Source: Tetramitus jugosus
Taxonomy: Eukaryota; Protista; Heterolobosea
Assembly (NCBI GenBank): GCA_937625935.1
Contig: OW569393.1
Span: 186,001 to 250,000, forward strand
Direction of reading: 5' to 3'
Length of the DNA stretch: 64,000 bases
The notes below the pieces were generated by a model, which saw only the letters and a list, made by a program, of their open reading frames with translations, ran no database searches and had not been told where the DNA came from. This document shows positions 44,711 to 57,603 of this stretch, piece after piece. A program made the position numbers and the translations under genes. Every line of letters begins with the position of its first letter. Positions within the stretch are counted from its first letter, which is position 1.

Positions 44711-46322
44711 GACTTGGACGAAAATAGACAAAGTTTTTATGATTTCTGAATGAATGTGAAAAACTATTGTTGGTGAGATAGAGCACTTTCTTAGCCTTTA
44801 TAAATATGTATATAGTGCGACCTTTGTTTTCTTCGACAACTTCCGCCGACCGAACTGCTGCAGCTCGTTGAAGTCAAACTTTTCCAATGACAGTTTCGAA
44901 TACAAGCATGATGTTCAACTCAGTTTTATCCTTTGTAACAGTGCATGATCACTATTTGTAAATAGAACTGATCCCTATGCACCAATCTCGAATTGTTTCT
45001 AATAATTGAATAGCTAGGCGTTCTTTAGGAGAAATCGCAATCACCATGCATTTTGGGAACGACTTGCATCATAAGTGCCACAACAACTAAAACTGAGGAA
45101 GCAACTCTCGCATGTAACAGGAGTTGGTTTTATCTATCAGCTTGACAAAAGAACTAGAGACTGTTTGCCAGTTTGTAAACCTCACAATCAATCAACCATA
45201 ATCGGATGATAGCAAAGAATAAAACAGTTGATTAGAGCACGCTCTGACACTAGAAATTGTCCACACCGAGCTAAACAATAATAAATTCCAATAAAAACAA
45301 CTCTCAAGTATTATGACTATTTCATTCACAGTCAACTTCATCAATTCTTCCTTTTTCTCTTCCTTTCTAATAGATTCAAAATTCTTAGCTCCGATTGCTA
45401 CACATTGACCATCGAAGCCTTTCAAATGACAGCGAAAGCTTTTCGGATGCCCCTGTGTTTCCCACCAAACATGTGCAGATGTCAAATACAAATTGACCTC
45501 TCGTTTTTGCGGAAGTTTCAAGTCTCCAAGGTATTTGATCTCTCTTTTCGACAGAAACTAACTAGTTCACCGACTACAAATAACCCTACAGATATTCATT
45601 GACACTGCTTCCATGTTTCGTGTTGACTTCCTCTTGGTGAAGACCACAAAACCATCTTTCTTGAACCAGAAAATTTAAGTGCACATATACAGTTGACAAA
45701 AACGGTATTTCATCGATTGAAAATGAAAAAACACGAGCCATGAGAGTACCAACGCAGACAATTCCGGTTCTTGGATTATTTCTATAACAAGCATCAGAAG
45801 TAAGGATTTTATTGGCATCACCGATGCAGTTTTCAATGCAAGTGTAAGGTCAAAGTTTTGTAATCTATTTATTCATGTCAACGAATATTCCAATCATTCA
45901 ATGAGTTTTATTGAAATGAAGAAGGTCCATTATCGGAGGAAAGAAGAACCGAACTTTTCAATTTTGTAAAACAGAATGTGAATTTCCTATCATCGCATGA
46001 GATGAAAATATGCTTCGAAAGCAATACCTTGTGTCTTTATTATGTTGAACAAACCAAAGATTTATTGGCTGTTGTTGTGGGGGCGTTAATTCTGTGCCCT
46101 CAGCAAATCAGTTTACATTTAATGATTCTTCACTCGAGTCCAAAGACTTTGAATCAAATTCGATACTCTCCTTCATCTTCATAGATGCACCAGGAATTTG
46201 AAAAAATAATTGATTTCGGAAACTTAAAATTTTTAATGAGATCTCTGGGACTAACATGGTTGATTCAAGGTCGTGTGGACCAGAAATTGTTGTCTCAGAA
46301 CAACATACATTCCATTTTGCAA

Positions 46323-48089
46323 TTATAGTTTCAAACTTTGGAAAGCATTTCCAATCATTTCTCCTTGTACTGTTGTGCCGTCCTCCTGTACAACTTCTAT
46401 CAAAACTTCAGCTTCACCAAACTTCATTAAAACAGTAATATCTTGATCAGTTGTTTTTGGAGTCACCTTAACCGGAATTGATTGGAGGAGACCTACAGTT
46501 TTTTCATCGACGTACTTGACCTTTTCTTTTGGAGAATAGAATATTTTGATGTCTGCTTCTGTTTGTCCTGCTGCGATACTAAACTTGTGTTGAGTGACCC
46601 TGTTTGTTTCGATTTCTTCCCCTTTCTTGGCATATGTCTTGAAAACACCCGGTACAACAAATTCACCACCCTTGCTGACACATCGATTTTCTTCGTGAAG
46701 CGAATTATTGAAAACTTGTTCTACTTCGACACCATAAGTGTATTTAGATCGTCTAGTCTGGATGAGACTTGGATCCCTACCCAATAAGCACGCACCGTTA
46801 ACCACAGCTTCTCCACTGAATTTTGGCATGATAAGTCTTGTAGTTGGTGTTTCACATTCTTCTTTCAATCTCTTTCGAAGAACTTCACTTTGACCGAAGC
46901 CACCGACCAAGAAGATGAAATCAACTGGTTTTCTTGAAATCTTTTTAGTTTCTTTCAATTGTTCTTTCACTTGTGATACAATGGTATCTACTGGCTTCTG
47001 GAAGATTCGCTCGACATCTTTACCGGACAATTTCAATTTGAACGTATCTTGATCTATAATTTTTGATTCAGTTACCAGTTTCGAAAGTAAAGGAGGAACG
47101 TTCAACTTGATCGGTTTCTTCACATCTTTAACATCTCTCTTTGCCTTCTCCCAATTTGCCAACAACTCCAAGTAGAAGATCGGATTTTCCTTCTTAAATT
47201 TATCAAACTTGGCTTGAGTAAAATCTTGAACGAGAATGTTGATGAATTCATTGTCCAATGCCGTCGAACCATACATATTACCACTTGGAATTGTTACAGT
47301 CTTCAGTCTGCAATGAGAATCGAGCTTGTGAACAGTGATATCTACTGTACCACCACCTGCATCAATAATCATGATGATCTTATCTGATTGCAAACTCTTT
47401 TTCTGATCTTTATCAATACAATAAATGGCAGCAGCCTCAGGCTCTGCAACCATCATGAAATCATGAAGTGGACAATCTTCGTCATCAATAAAGCCAGCCT
47501 GGAAAATAATTTTTCTAAATTCTTTCTTGTGAGTTTCTTCCCACACGACAGGGACAGAGAAACACCATCTAATATCTCTAGAAGTAATGGATATATCCTG
47601 TTGAGTAATTTTATCCATGATCAAGTCTTTGATATATCTTAAGTATTCTGTAGTAACTTCCTTGACTGGTAGTTTCAAGCCGTCTTGTTCCAAATGACCA
47701 TTATGATCCTTTTTCAGGTCATTCTTGAAGAACTTGAAGAGGACCTTTTTCTTTGATGATGAAGTGGGAGATGGTGCAGTAGATGTTGTACCAACTGAAG
47801 TATCATCATCAGAATCGGAATCATCATCGTCTTGAGTGAGATATTCCTTCTGGGCAGTGTATCCCCACTGTTCAGGAGTTTCTTCAGATTTTTCATACAA
47901 GATGGCACTTATGTTTTTGCAGTATTTGTTATCACCACAATCGTCCCAATCTTGATAATTATGGACAGATGAAGTTTTGTCTGCAACGAACATAAAAGAG
48001 AAACCTGTACCGCTTGTACCAAAGTCGACACCAACTACAACTTTCTTTGGGTTTTCTGGATTGCTGTCAATGATACCTTTACTGGACAT
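46323..48089 (-). CDS. Atypical Hsp70 (HSPA12-like)
   Basis: VGVDFGTSGTG, RWCFSVPVVW, EPEAAAIYC, IDAGGGTVD, LVGGFGQS; divergent substrate domain, no lid or EEVD. Confidence 0.9.
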   Translation of the reverse strand: MSSKGIIDSNPENPKKVVVGVDFGTSGTGFSFMFVADKTSSVHNYQDWDDCGDNKYCKNISAILYEKSEETPEQWGYTAQKEYLTQDDDDSDSDDDTSVGTTSTAPSPTSSSKKKVLFKFFKNDLKKDHNGHLEQDGLKLPVKEVTTEYLRYIKDLIMDKITQQDISITSRDIRWCFSVPVVWEETHKKEFRKIIFQAGFIDDEDCPLHDFMMVAEPEAAAIYCIDKDQKKSLQSDKIIMIIDAGGGTVDITVHKLDSHCRLKTVTIPSGNMYGSTALDNEFINILVQDFTQAKFDKFKKENPIFYLELLANWEKAKRDVKDVKKPIKLNVPPLLSKLVTESKIIDQDTFKLKLSGKDVERIFQKPVDTIVSQVKEQLKETKKISRKPVDFIFLVGGFGQSEVLRKRLKEECETPTTRLIMPKFSGEAVVNGACLLGRDPSLIQTRRSKYTYGVEVEQVFNNSLHEENRCVSKGGEFVVPGVFKTYAKKGEEIETNRVTQHKFSIAAGQTEADIKIFYSPKEKVKYVDEKTVGLLQSIPVKVTPKTTDQDITVLMKFGEAEVLIEVVQEDGTTVQGEMIGNAFQSLKL

Positions 48090-48340
48090 TGTTGAATGTG
48101 TAGTTGTTTTAGATTTTTGAGGAGGTTGTTATTTTTTCAGTTGTTCAAAACGTCAAAAACTGTCAAATTTATGGAAAAATTGTTGGTTGATCGAGATTTT
48201 GGGATACTTCAATGAATATCTAGTCAAATGATAAACTCCGATGGATTTGAAGGATGACTTGTCAACCTTGACATCAACGAAGGAAAAAAAACTTTCACCT
48301 TCACAAAAAAATCAACAAAACACTCCTCAAATCAAAACAA

Positions 48341-50735
48341 ATGTCAATTCGTGACAAGACTGTTATAAACAAATCAATTGCAATTGCAGTGGATTTCGGA
48401 ACTTCAAGAACAGGTAGGCCCTGACAATTATTTTTTTTAATGACAGCAGGAACATTGACGTGACTCTTTTTTTTTAAACCTTTCAATCATTTCAGGTTAT
48501 GCCTATGGATTTCCTGGAAGAGAAGAAAGCAACAAGGAAATGAACTGGGAGGATGCTCCTGAAAGTTATTGCAAAACTTTAACAAAAATTGCGTACAATG
48601 AAGATGATGAACCAGAATTTTGGGGCTTCACAGCTTGGAAAGAAATGTTAGATGACTGTGACGAAGATAGAGTTCTTCGTTTGTTTGAATTCTTCAAAAT
48701 GGGCCTTTTCACTCATGATCATGTTGTGAGAGACACAACTGGTACAGTAGAAAAGGATGCTCTTGATGTGGTTGTTGACTACCTCAAGTTTCTTTTTGAA
48801 AAAATCAAAGAAGATTTGTCAAAGAGAGTTGGTAAAGACATCTCACCGGCTGAGATTGTTTGGTGTCTCACGATTCCTGCCATTTGGAAAGATGCTGAAA
48901 AATCGTTGATGCGTCAAGCTGCTTATAGAGCAGGCATGATTGAGGTTGAACATCCACCAGAGGATGTATTCATGTTGGTGTTGGAACCAGAAGCTGCTGC
49001 TGTTTTTTGTATGATGCAACTCAAGCGTCAAGGAAATCCACTCAGAGATGGAGACAAGTTCTTGGTGTTGGATGCAGGTGGTGGAACTGTCGATTTGACA
49101 GCTCATACATACAGCAAGGGTAAACTCAAGGAAATTACTACTGGTTCTGGAGGTCCTTGTGGTTCATCTGAGCTCGATAAGAAGTTTGAGAAGCTGATGT
49201 CAGAAATCTTTGGTGAAAAGGTGATGGATGACATGAGAAAGAAACATGCCGTTCAACACTTTGAATTACTCAGTAACTGGGAAAGTGCAAAGTGTAGAAC
49301 GAAGGATCTAAATGATAGAACATTAGTTAAAGCACCTGGTGTGTTGAATGCCATTCTTCGTAGAGCAGAGTTCAGTAGTTCATGCTTTGATTCTGATTCT
49401 AATACTATCATTTTGGATCCGAATCTATTGAACAAGATTTACATGGATATCATTGAACAAATTTGCACATTGGTTGCTGATCAGATTGATGCCTGCAAAT
49501 CAACAACTGGTTCTTCGTTTGATTACATTTTCATCGTGGGTGGATTTGGAGGCTCAATAGTATTGCAAGATATTGTCAAGAGTAGATTCGGTACAATGAT
49601 TAATAAGGGAATTGTTGTTCCTCCTGTACCTGGAGAGGCAATTGTTGATGGTGCTTTGTATCTTGGTCTTGATCCAAGTATTATTTCTTCCAGAAGAATG
49701 AGAATGACTTATGGTTGTGCAGCAATGAAGGTCTTTGATCCAAATATTCATGATCCAAAGAAGAGAAAAGTCATTGGATCAACTACCTATTGTGTTGATA
49801 TCTTTGATAAGTTTGTGACCAATGGAGAGGAAGTCGAGATTGATAAGGGTGTCACAAGTACGTATAAAGCGTCACTTGCTGATCAAAAGTCAATGGTCAT
49901 TGCCGTTTATGGAACAAAGGTAACTAACATGAATTATATCGATGATCCTGCAAGTAACAAAATTGGAGAAATTATTATTGATATGAGCGATACGTCTGGT
50001 GGAATCAATAGATGTGTTGAAGTGACCATGTACTTTGGAAAATCTGAAATCCAATTACATGCTATTGAGAAGAACTCTGGAAAGGAATACAAGGCTGCCA
50101 TCAAATTCCAAGGAGAACTGTTTGAAACTGAACACACGGGTCCCCCTGAACATAAGTATCATATTATTTTTTCTAATGATAGATCTGGTTCAATGGACTC
50201 TACTGATGTAGTCCCTTCTCTCAGTTTCCTTAAGAGTTCTCATAACAACCGCTTGGGAGCTCTGTATGAGGCATGTTCTTCATTTTTGGATCAAAGATCA
50301 GGTTCTCAAGATATAGTTTCTTGCATCATGTATGATCATGGCGCTCAAATTTGTTTCGAGAGAGAGCCGTTATGTACAAGTTTAGTTAAAGACTACATGT
50401 TGAGGTACAGTGCAGATGGTGGAACGAGTTTCTCTTCTGCAATGAGTGCTGTTCAAGGTGTTGTTTCTCGAAATCCAAACGGATACACTCCCATTGTTAT
50501 TTTTATGACTGATGGTGAGTGTTCAGATGGAGGTGCATCATCGACTCTTCGCAATATCGTGAGTTCATACTCTCACACTGGTTTTAAACTTCACTCAGTT
50601 TTGGTTGGTCGTAGCAATGATCATTCATTACTCCAGGAATTTGCTCGTATTGGAGGAGGTACTTTTTCTACTTCGGGCTTGAACTTGGCTGATATGAAGC
50701 AAACATACACCCAGTTGGCTGGGAGACTTGAATAA
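48341..50735 (+). CDS. Atypical Hsp70 (HSPA12-like) fused to C-terminal vWA domain, intron 48414-48495
   Basis: Spliced AVDFGTSRTGYAY; WCLTIPAIW, EPEAAA, DAGGGTVD, VGGFG; vWA MIDAS DRSGSM..GGTSF..IFMTDGE. Confidence 0.9.
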
Positions 50736-51046
50736 AAATCAATCCATTCTTCCGGCAACAAGATGTGCAGTTGTGTTTTTCAAACTTTATCAACAAGAAT
50801 TTTTGAATATGAAATATGTAAATCCGCATGAGAATGGACTTGTTCGATTTTGCAACAATGCATACGATGACGATGGACATCGGCTGTCACAATGGATTTG
50901 GACAATATGTGTGCTGGTACATGATGCTCGTGTTTTGTACACGTTCGATCGATCTGCTGACTCTCAGTGTTTCTTACCAATATACTGAATAAATAGCAGA
51001 TAAATATGAAACCCGAATCCCGAACCGCTAACCCGATGTATCAAAA

Positions 51047-51247
51047 GGGAGCGTCCATATATTATATTCACCTCTGATTCTCTGCCTGTTTAGAATAAAT
51101 TTGAATAACACATTTTCCTGTAAATTCGAACGTTACATTAATTCTTATAGTAGAATTGGGATCAAGAGACCCCTATGAATAAATATTTGAATAAATTTCT
51201 CAGACCCCTCCCTCGGGGGCCGTAAGAAATAATATCTGGACGCTCCC
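51047..51247. mobile_element. 201-bp MITE (PIF/Harbinger-ISL2EU-type ends)
   Basis: TIRs gggagcgtccatatattat / ataatatctggacgctccc (18/19 match), flanked by aaa on both sides. Confidence 0.8.
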
Positions 51248-51616
51248 AAAGCCGTATCTACAGATGAGATGAAAACCCGATGCTACGAAAACCCGAATCA
51301 TCCTTTGATTAATAAATGAATTCCTCTATCAAATCTGATCCCAAATTTACTTTTCCAGCAACTATTTTGTATTCAGCAGAATTACCCAACAATCCCACCC
51401 AATCATTGTCAATACACCAATACAACCACCAAGTTGACTCTTTGACTCGAGAACCGATGAATAGCTGAACATATCCCTGGTAGTAAAACTATCAACCACA
51501 CTCCCAACAACTCTGGAGATGCGCAAAAACTGTTTTTGAGGGAAAATGGAAGGATAAACTCGAAACTTATTTATTCCACAGATTTTTCGACCAGACCAAA
51601 ATTACTAGTATTCTAC

Positions 51617-53008
51617 GAGCCATACTAAACCACAGACACAGAATCCGCTGAATCCGTTTGCCGGTTCTGTATAGTTATGCGAAGTATGGCAATCTTATGT
51701 TTGTTATATATCTCGACTTCTTGCATTTGATGCAGTACCAGTCACCCTTGGGTACTCTCCTTAAGTGCGGAGTTGTACATGACAGATGATAAACGGAGGT
51801 ACAACCTTCACACAACAATAAGATCTTACGATTAGAAATAGTACAACCACTACAAACATCTGATGGGTGTCCTCATCAGTAGATTCAGCGGTTTCAATAG
51901 TTGATTTTGATGATTCTTGGATTCCAGGACTTCTCCATGACTGGAATCATACTCAGTTTCCTCCTCTGGCGGTTGTCCACTAATTTTGCTCTTTTTGCAT
52001 CTTGACAAACATCTATCAATGTCTGAGGTCGCTTAAGCTCCACTCGTTTGGTTCTTATTACCCAGTGTTGCTTGTTCTTCAAAAACTTTTTTCCACTTGG
52101 CACGCCATCGATTGGATCCTTACGAGGAGTACTGAGGAGTGCTTTTAACGTTGGTTTGTTCTTTTTGAACATGGATCGTATTTGACTGTAGTCCTTCCTG
52201 AATTCAGAAACAGTACAAATACAAGAGCAAAATCTGCTTTGCTATAGGCCTAATTCCACTAAATTGCTACTCAGCTTCATCTGACGTTGTTTCTCTTCGC
52301 CATGAACTCCCGTCAATCCTTTGAGTTCTTTCTGAACATCATCCTTCACATTACAATTGCTCAACCTCTCGAACTCTTTGAGTGTGAGTGAATGTTGACT
52401 ACTGTCTTTCTTTAGTTGCCACCTGCCAATACCTAGTCTCCCAAGCCAATATTCTTTTTCAAAGAAAAAGATTTACAATGATCAATAATCTCACTTACTT
52501 CTTGATGATCACTGCTCATTAGACTTTTGAATTGATGGTTCATTGATTCAGCAGCATTGCTATACCAAGGTCCATATATATTTACTGACTTTCTCACAGA
52601 CTTTAGCATTCCACTTTTGATTGACTGGCTTTTATACTTGTCAAAGTACTTGATAAAATTCTCAGTTTGATCACCAAGTATTTGCTTCAAACAGGACAGC
52701 AGCACTGTTTTGAATATCCCCAGCTGTACCGAGAGCTTAGAAATCATTTTTGAGTCCCATGAGACATATAACACTGTGGCAGCTTCATTAATTTCATAGG
52801 TAGAATTTCTACCAAGATCTTGGAAAATCACGGACATGAAAGGTTATCAAAGGAAAAACGCTTGGAATGAAGATAAATCGACCGTTATCTCGGGTAACGG
52901 ATTAACGGTCACTGAAAATGCGCAGAACAAAACTGAATCGGCTGAATCTGTTTTGTTGTCTATTTTGCCGAATTAAGCGGATTCTGTGTCTGTGGTTTAG
53001 TATGGCTC
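51617..53008 (-). mobile_element. Internally deleted Mutator-like element (MULE) with transposase remnant and PHD finger
   Basis: Perfect 33-bp TIRs (51617-51649, 52976-53008) starting GAG; 9-bp TSD gtattctac/atattctac; SNAAESMNHQFK catalytic-E motif; PHD CSGC..LLCEGC..YHLSC..VPKGDWYCIKC at about 51718-51860. Confidence 0.88.
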
Positions 53009-53059
53009 ATATTCTACCAGCGGATATCATATTTCATATTTCTGATTACTTGACAAATT

Positions 53060-53500
53060 GGATGAGTGTTTGTTTCAGTTGGAGTGAGTCTTGATTTTCG
53101 CTGGTCCACATAAGCGAAATGTCTTGGAAGGAAATCTCACATGTCGGTCATTTGGTGGTCATAGCCATAACTCATATTTTGCGACAATGAAGAAAAAACA
53201 AATTTCGTGAGAATGAGCATAGAAGCATTTGTTCATGACAAGGATGCATCCGCTACAATTCTGATTAAAAAACATTGGCCTCATGCTCGGGAATTCCTCG
53301 AAATAACTCATGATGCAAAGAATTTTAAGAAGAGGACAGCCAAGAATGCTAAGGATGGGTTGAGCGAGCAAAAGCGGCATTTCTAAAGACAGTCTACATA
53401 GCTGGGAACAACAGCTTAATGAGAGAGCATATGTTTCGAGCATATCCGTTTCACTGGACGGGTGATCATAGGTTCTGTTTTCATGGATGCCCACAGTCTA
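53060..53500 (+). pseudogene. Decayed DDE transposase (Kolobok / Mutator-like type), interrupted by the MULE
   Basis: VGVSLDFRWS, AFVHDKDASA..IKKHWP, HWTGDHRFCFH in shifting frames. Confidence 0.5.
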
Positions 53501-53879
53501 CCTACACAAGTCTGGACATAATTCTTTCACTCTTACTAAGCAATCTAGAGGAGCAAACAAGAAGTGAAAAAGTGAATTTGTTACCATTGTCCAACCATTG
53601 TCCAGTTGCTGGTCAGAACATAAAGTTTTGAGATAATTTACTTACGAGAATCGAGTTTTCGATAACATTATTATTATTGATGTTTGAGTAACTAATTGGG
53701 TTTTTATATCTTCATTGGTACATCAGCAACCTCGCTACATATCTGCCTGGTCTTCTTCCCTATGTTGTTGTTCTGGTTACTTTTTCAAATGTTCATCTTG
53801 CCTGGTGCTTAATTCCATTAAGTACTATTCGAAAATACCATCCACAAGATACCGAAAACTCCATGTCTCTTGGAAAACC

Positions 53880-54500
53880 AGTTGATCCATCGATTTTTCA
53901 TAAATTCGAATATGAAATTATCCGATGGTGATGAAATATGTATGCCATTCTCGATTTTTTGAATAAAATGTTACCATCTCGTAGTTTTTGTAATACCTCG
54001 GCAGAGTGATGGCAATTCAAATTGTCCATGATTAAAATTTAACCTCGATTTGCAATTTTCCTTGGAATTCAGGAACTCACTCACCCAATCATTCATGATT
54101 CCCTTGATTGATGGTAACACCACTTCATCACCATCAGTGTCCACAATTATGCGCGCTTTCGTATGAGGAATGAAATAAGAAAATGTGGAGGAGTTGGATT
54201 AGCTGGTAAAGGAGCAAGAAAACAAGCAGAGTTGACAAAAGTTGACTTTTATAATAAAAACAAGTTTGTAGTTGGATTTTGTCTCTTGCATATGCGAGTG
54301 AGACACAAATACAGTCATAGTACAGTTGTCAACTGCTTCTGGAATCAACTATGTCACCGTTATGAATCACGCAACAAACGAATGTATCAGATTTGGAGTA
54401 TCCGAGGCCTCTTGGGTTTGATTATCTCCTCCTCTTAAACCCCATCCCTTCATATTATTGTCACGGTTGTTGAAACCGGACTCATCCATGCACCATATTC
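53880..54500 (-). pseudogene. Decayed pogo/Tc1-mariner DDE transposase
   Basis: ILIMDNLNCHHSAEVLQKLRDGNI and SPSDNFIFEFMKNRW. Confidence 0.6.
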
Positions 54501-55109
54501 TTGTGTATGAAAGTTGTTTTTTCATACAATGTTTTTAAGAACTTTTTCATTATACATCACTGGCGATCTGTCAGGTTGGCACGAAAAGTTCTTTTATTTT
54601 CAATCTTTTTCTGTTTTTCTGTCAAATCATCAGGTGTGGATTTAAAGAATCAATGATAATCAATAAACATATTTTGATTCTTGTTGCTACGTAAATGCTG
54701 TAATCACAATCATGAAAATATAATGAAAATATTTTGTCGCAAATATCTACTGTATTTAAGGTTATGTCATAAGCACGCACAATTGTAACATGCCTGATCA
54801 CCGGACAATTGATTGTTTCATAGGACTACGAATTTAATATGACAAAGAGTTGAGGGTTTGATTATATTCTAATGACATGACATGAACATAGACATTTTTT
54901 GTTTCTTTGTGTCACACCTCGAATTTCGGACTAGTTCGAACACAGGTCGAACAGATCGAAGTATTACTACGTCTTTACATCAACGGGATGCCTCAACTTT
55001 TGCACATGACCTTTTGTGACAAAGCCTGATTGAGATGGTTTTGGAACATTTCACAATGTTGATGTTTTGTTGATTTTGATTCGTTTATCCTTTTTTTGCT
55101 TGTTTTTCG

Positions 55110-55230
55110 AAAGTGTCGATCCAGTACCTACCAACATTCTCTTCACTCTCGTATGTTGCTTCAACAGAATGATGAGCCCAGTGAACCAGATACTCTGTTA
55201 CTGTTCTTTCCTATGATTTCTTCCACATCT
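55110..55230 (-). pseudogene. Chromodomain remnant
   Basis: DVEEIIGK / EYLVHWAHHSVEATYESEENV, frameshifted. Confidence 0.6.
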
Positions 55231-55719
55231 CAAATGTTAGCAACGGGATCCACACAACCAGGTTGAATCTTTGACAGCTTTGATCTTTGACACTTATCCT
55301 TGTTCATCTTGATAACGTCGTAGCCATCGTTTTTTGCATGACAACAGTAATTGTAATGTGTGGTACATAAATAGGCAGAGTGACAGGTCGATCCACACAC
55401 CAAGCTGAATTTTCCTTTTTTTGTCATGAGACAAACAGATGTTTGTTTCTGGGAAATCTCTGTTCTATAGACCGAATTTCTAACGGTTTTTTTACTGTTT
55501 CATCCACTAAAAATCCTTTCGACCCGGACACTGGAGGCAGGAATAGCCAGATGATCTCTTTCAATCTGGAGAGCTCAATGACACTTTTAGTGTATCGTTA
55601 AATACTTCTTCAAAACTTGATGCAACTCTTGAAGAAAATCCCACTCTTCATCATCAAGTTTCGCTCCATCAAAGTGAATGACTTGTTTCCATGCTCATCA
55701 TTCATACCACAGAATCTGG

Positions 55720-55898
55720 GATCCTAATTCAGTCACCATTGCAAGATTGTTTGAAGCATTATCACCTGTAATACGAATCAGCTTCTTCTCTATTCCGTAT
55801 TCTTTTAGACAGTTAAAGACCTGTCGTGCCAGATTTTCACCGGTATGTTCACCATTGAAGTTCAATAAAATCAAGGATGATATGTCTCTTCATCCATT
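55720..55898 (-). pseudogene. hAT transposase fragment
   Basis: HTGENLARQVFNCLKEYGIEKKLIRITGDNASNNLAM; ends abruptly at the TIR at 55899. Confidence 0.8.
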
Positions 55899-57603
55899 GG
55901 GAGCGTCCAGATATTATATCGTGTTTAATCGAATCAAACACCGTACGACCTTAATCTCGACAATGTTTATTCGGTCCGATGCCAAGTTCGGACCGATCGA
56001 AAATCGAAATTACCCCTATTTACAGATTCAATTTGACTATTTACTGTTTTTACGAATTTTTCTGCAGAAAAAGTACTTTAAATCAAAAAAGCGTTTAGTT
56101 TCTTCCACTCCTGTGATGAGGCGTTGAAGGTGTTATGACAACTCGTTTCTTCTTTGGAATGGTAGGATCAGTGTTCATGCCACTTGTGATTCGGGAAGTA
56201 TGCTTTCTGACCGGGTCACGGCGAACCTCGTTCAGTTCGGAATTTCGGATCGAAAATTTTGTTCGAATGCCAGTTCGAATCAAGTCAACTAAGTCCGAAT
56301 CAACTACTACTTGGATTCAAAATGAGTTTTGTTTAATTTCGAGAAGGCAGATGTGGCACAAGCCGCATCGAATTGTTTGAAAGAGTATAGTATAGTGAAG
56401 AAAGTGATATCATGTCACGCTTATTGGATCTGTTTATGAATACAGTCAAGCAGCGGTAGATACTCATATTCATTTGTATCCTCGAATGGCGCAAGTAGAG
56501 AGAGACCAGCAAGACCAGCTCTTGCTTCTAGCGTCGTATTGCATTCCCCAATGAAAAAAGAATAACTACTGGGAAACAAGGAGCGAATCGTGTGAATAGT
56601 TTCTTTCATAGTTTTCAACACTGTACCACAAATCAAACAGGGCATAGTGCAACAACAGTAACAGTGGAATCATGATGCAAGTACAGACCAGAACTGAATC
56701 GTATTCAGTATAGTCATCATCCTAAATACTGAAACCGCCTCCACATCAAATTTTATGGTCGAAACAACTTCTACAATTACATTTTTCTTATCGCTGTCCT
56801 TTGGGTTGCTCTGTGGAAATAATTTGCATTACCATTTTCCTCGATTCGCATCTGTCAAACAACTGAATCAAGATGGTAATCTAAGCCTAAGAGAACTGTG
56901 GTATTCGTGTCACAACAACGAACCATCTTCGCTGAGGGCAAATAATGATAAGGGGATAATGTTTTAGACAACTCCCAGCTCAGATACACAAATAGTGCTA
57001 TTGGCAATATAATCAATCGTTCCTCGACTGTTGTTTCCTCTTACACTGATCTTGCGTTTTTCCGGTTTCCTTGATCATCTTTTAACTAAATTATCAGTTG
57101 GAACTGAAAAATCGTTGCTGAAAACAGTGTTCTCGAGTAGCTGTGTATCGCACATAACAGGAGATAATTTCAGTGAATTGGGGATGATATGTCTGGAAAA
57201 GGTCGGGACGAAACAACTGAATCAAGTTAAAACCATGTATTATTCGATCTCCCATCATTTCGTTGAAAACCGAGAAAGTTACTGAGATTATCATCAAAAA
57301 AACATAAATAAACGATCTTGTCTATTCATGTCGTTGAAAAAAGTTTTTGAGGCTTTATTCTCCAATAAAGAATCATTTCTGAGCAAATGAAATCTCATTT
57401 GGCAAATGAAATGAACTATGAATACTCGCTACAAGTATGTTTTTTCATCTTTTCAAGATGAAATCTCAGGAAAGAAGAGAAAACATACTTTGAGCAAGTT
57501 GTTGGCAATGACTCCCAAAACTGGACGTATTATTGCACTGTCAGATTCCTACAATGGTGCCCACAATGACGCAGGAATTTACAATCAGTTCTCATACTTT
57601 TGA
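55899..57603 (+). mobile_element. Truncated PIF/ISL2EU (DDE_Tnp_4) element: left TIR plus transposase fragment
   Basis: gggagcgtccagatattat at 55899-55917 is identical to the MITE right TIR. SGKKRKHTLSKLLAMTPKTGRIIALSDSYNGAHND lies at about 57465-57570. No right TIR found. Confidence 0.65.
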
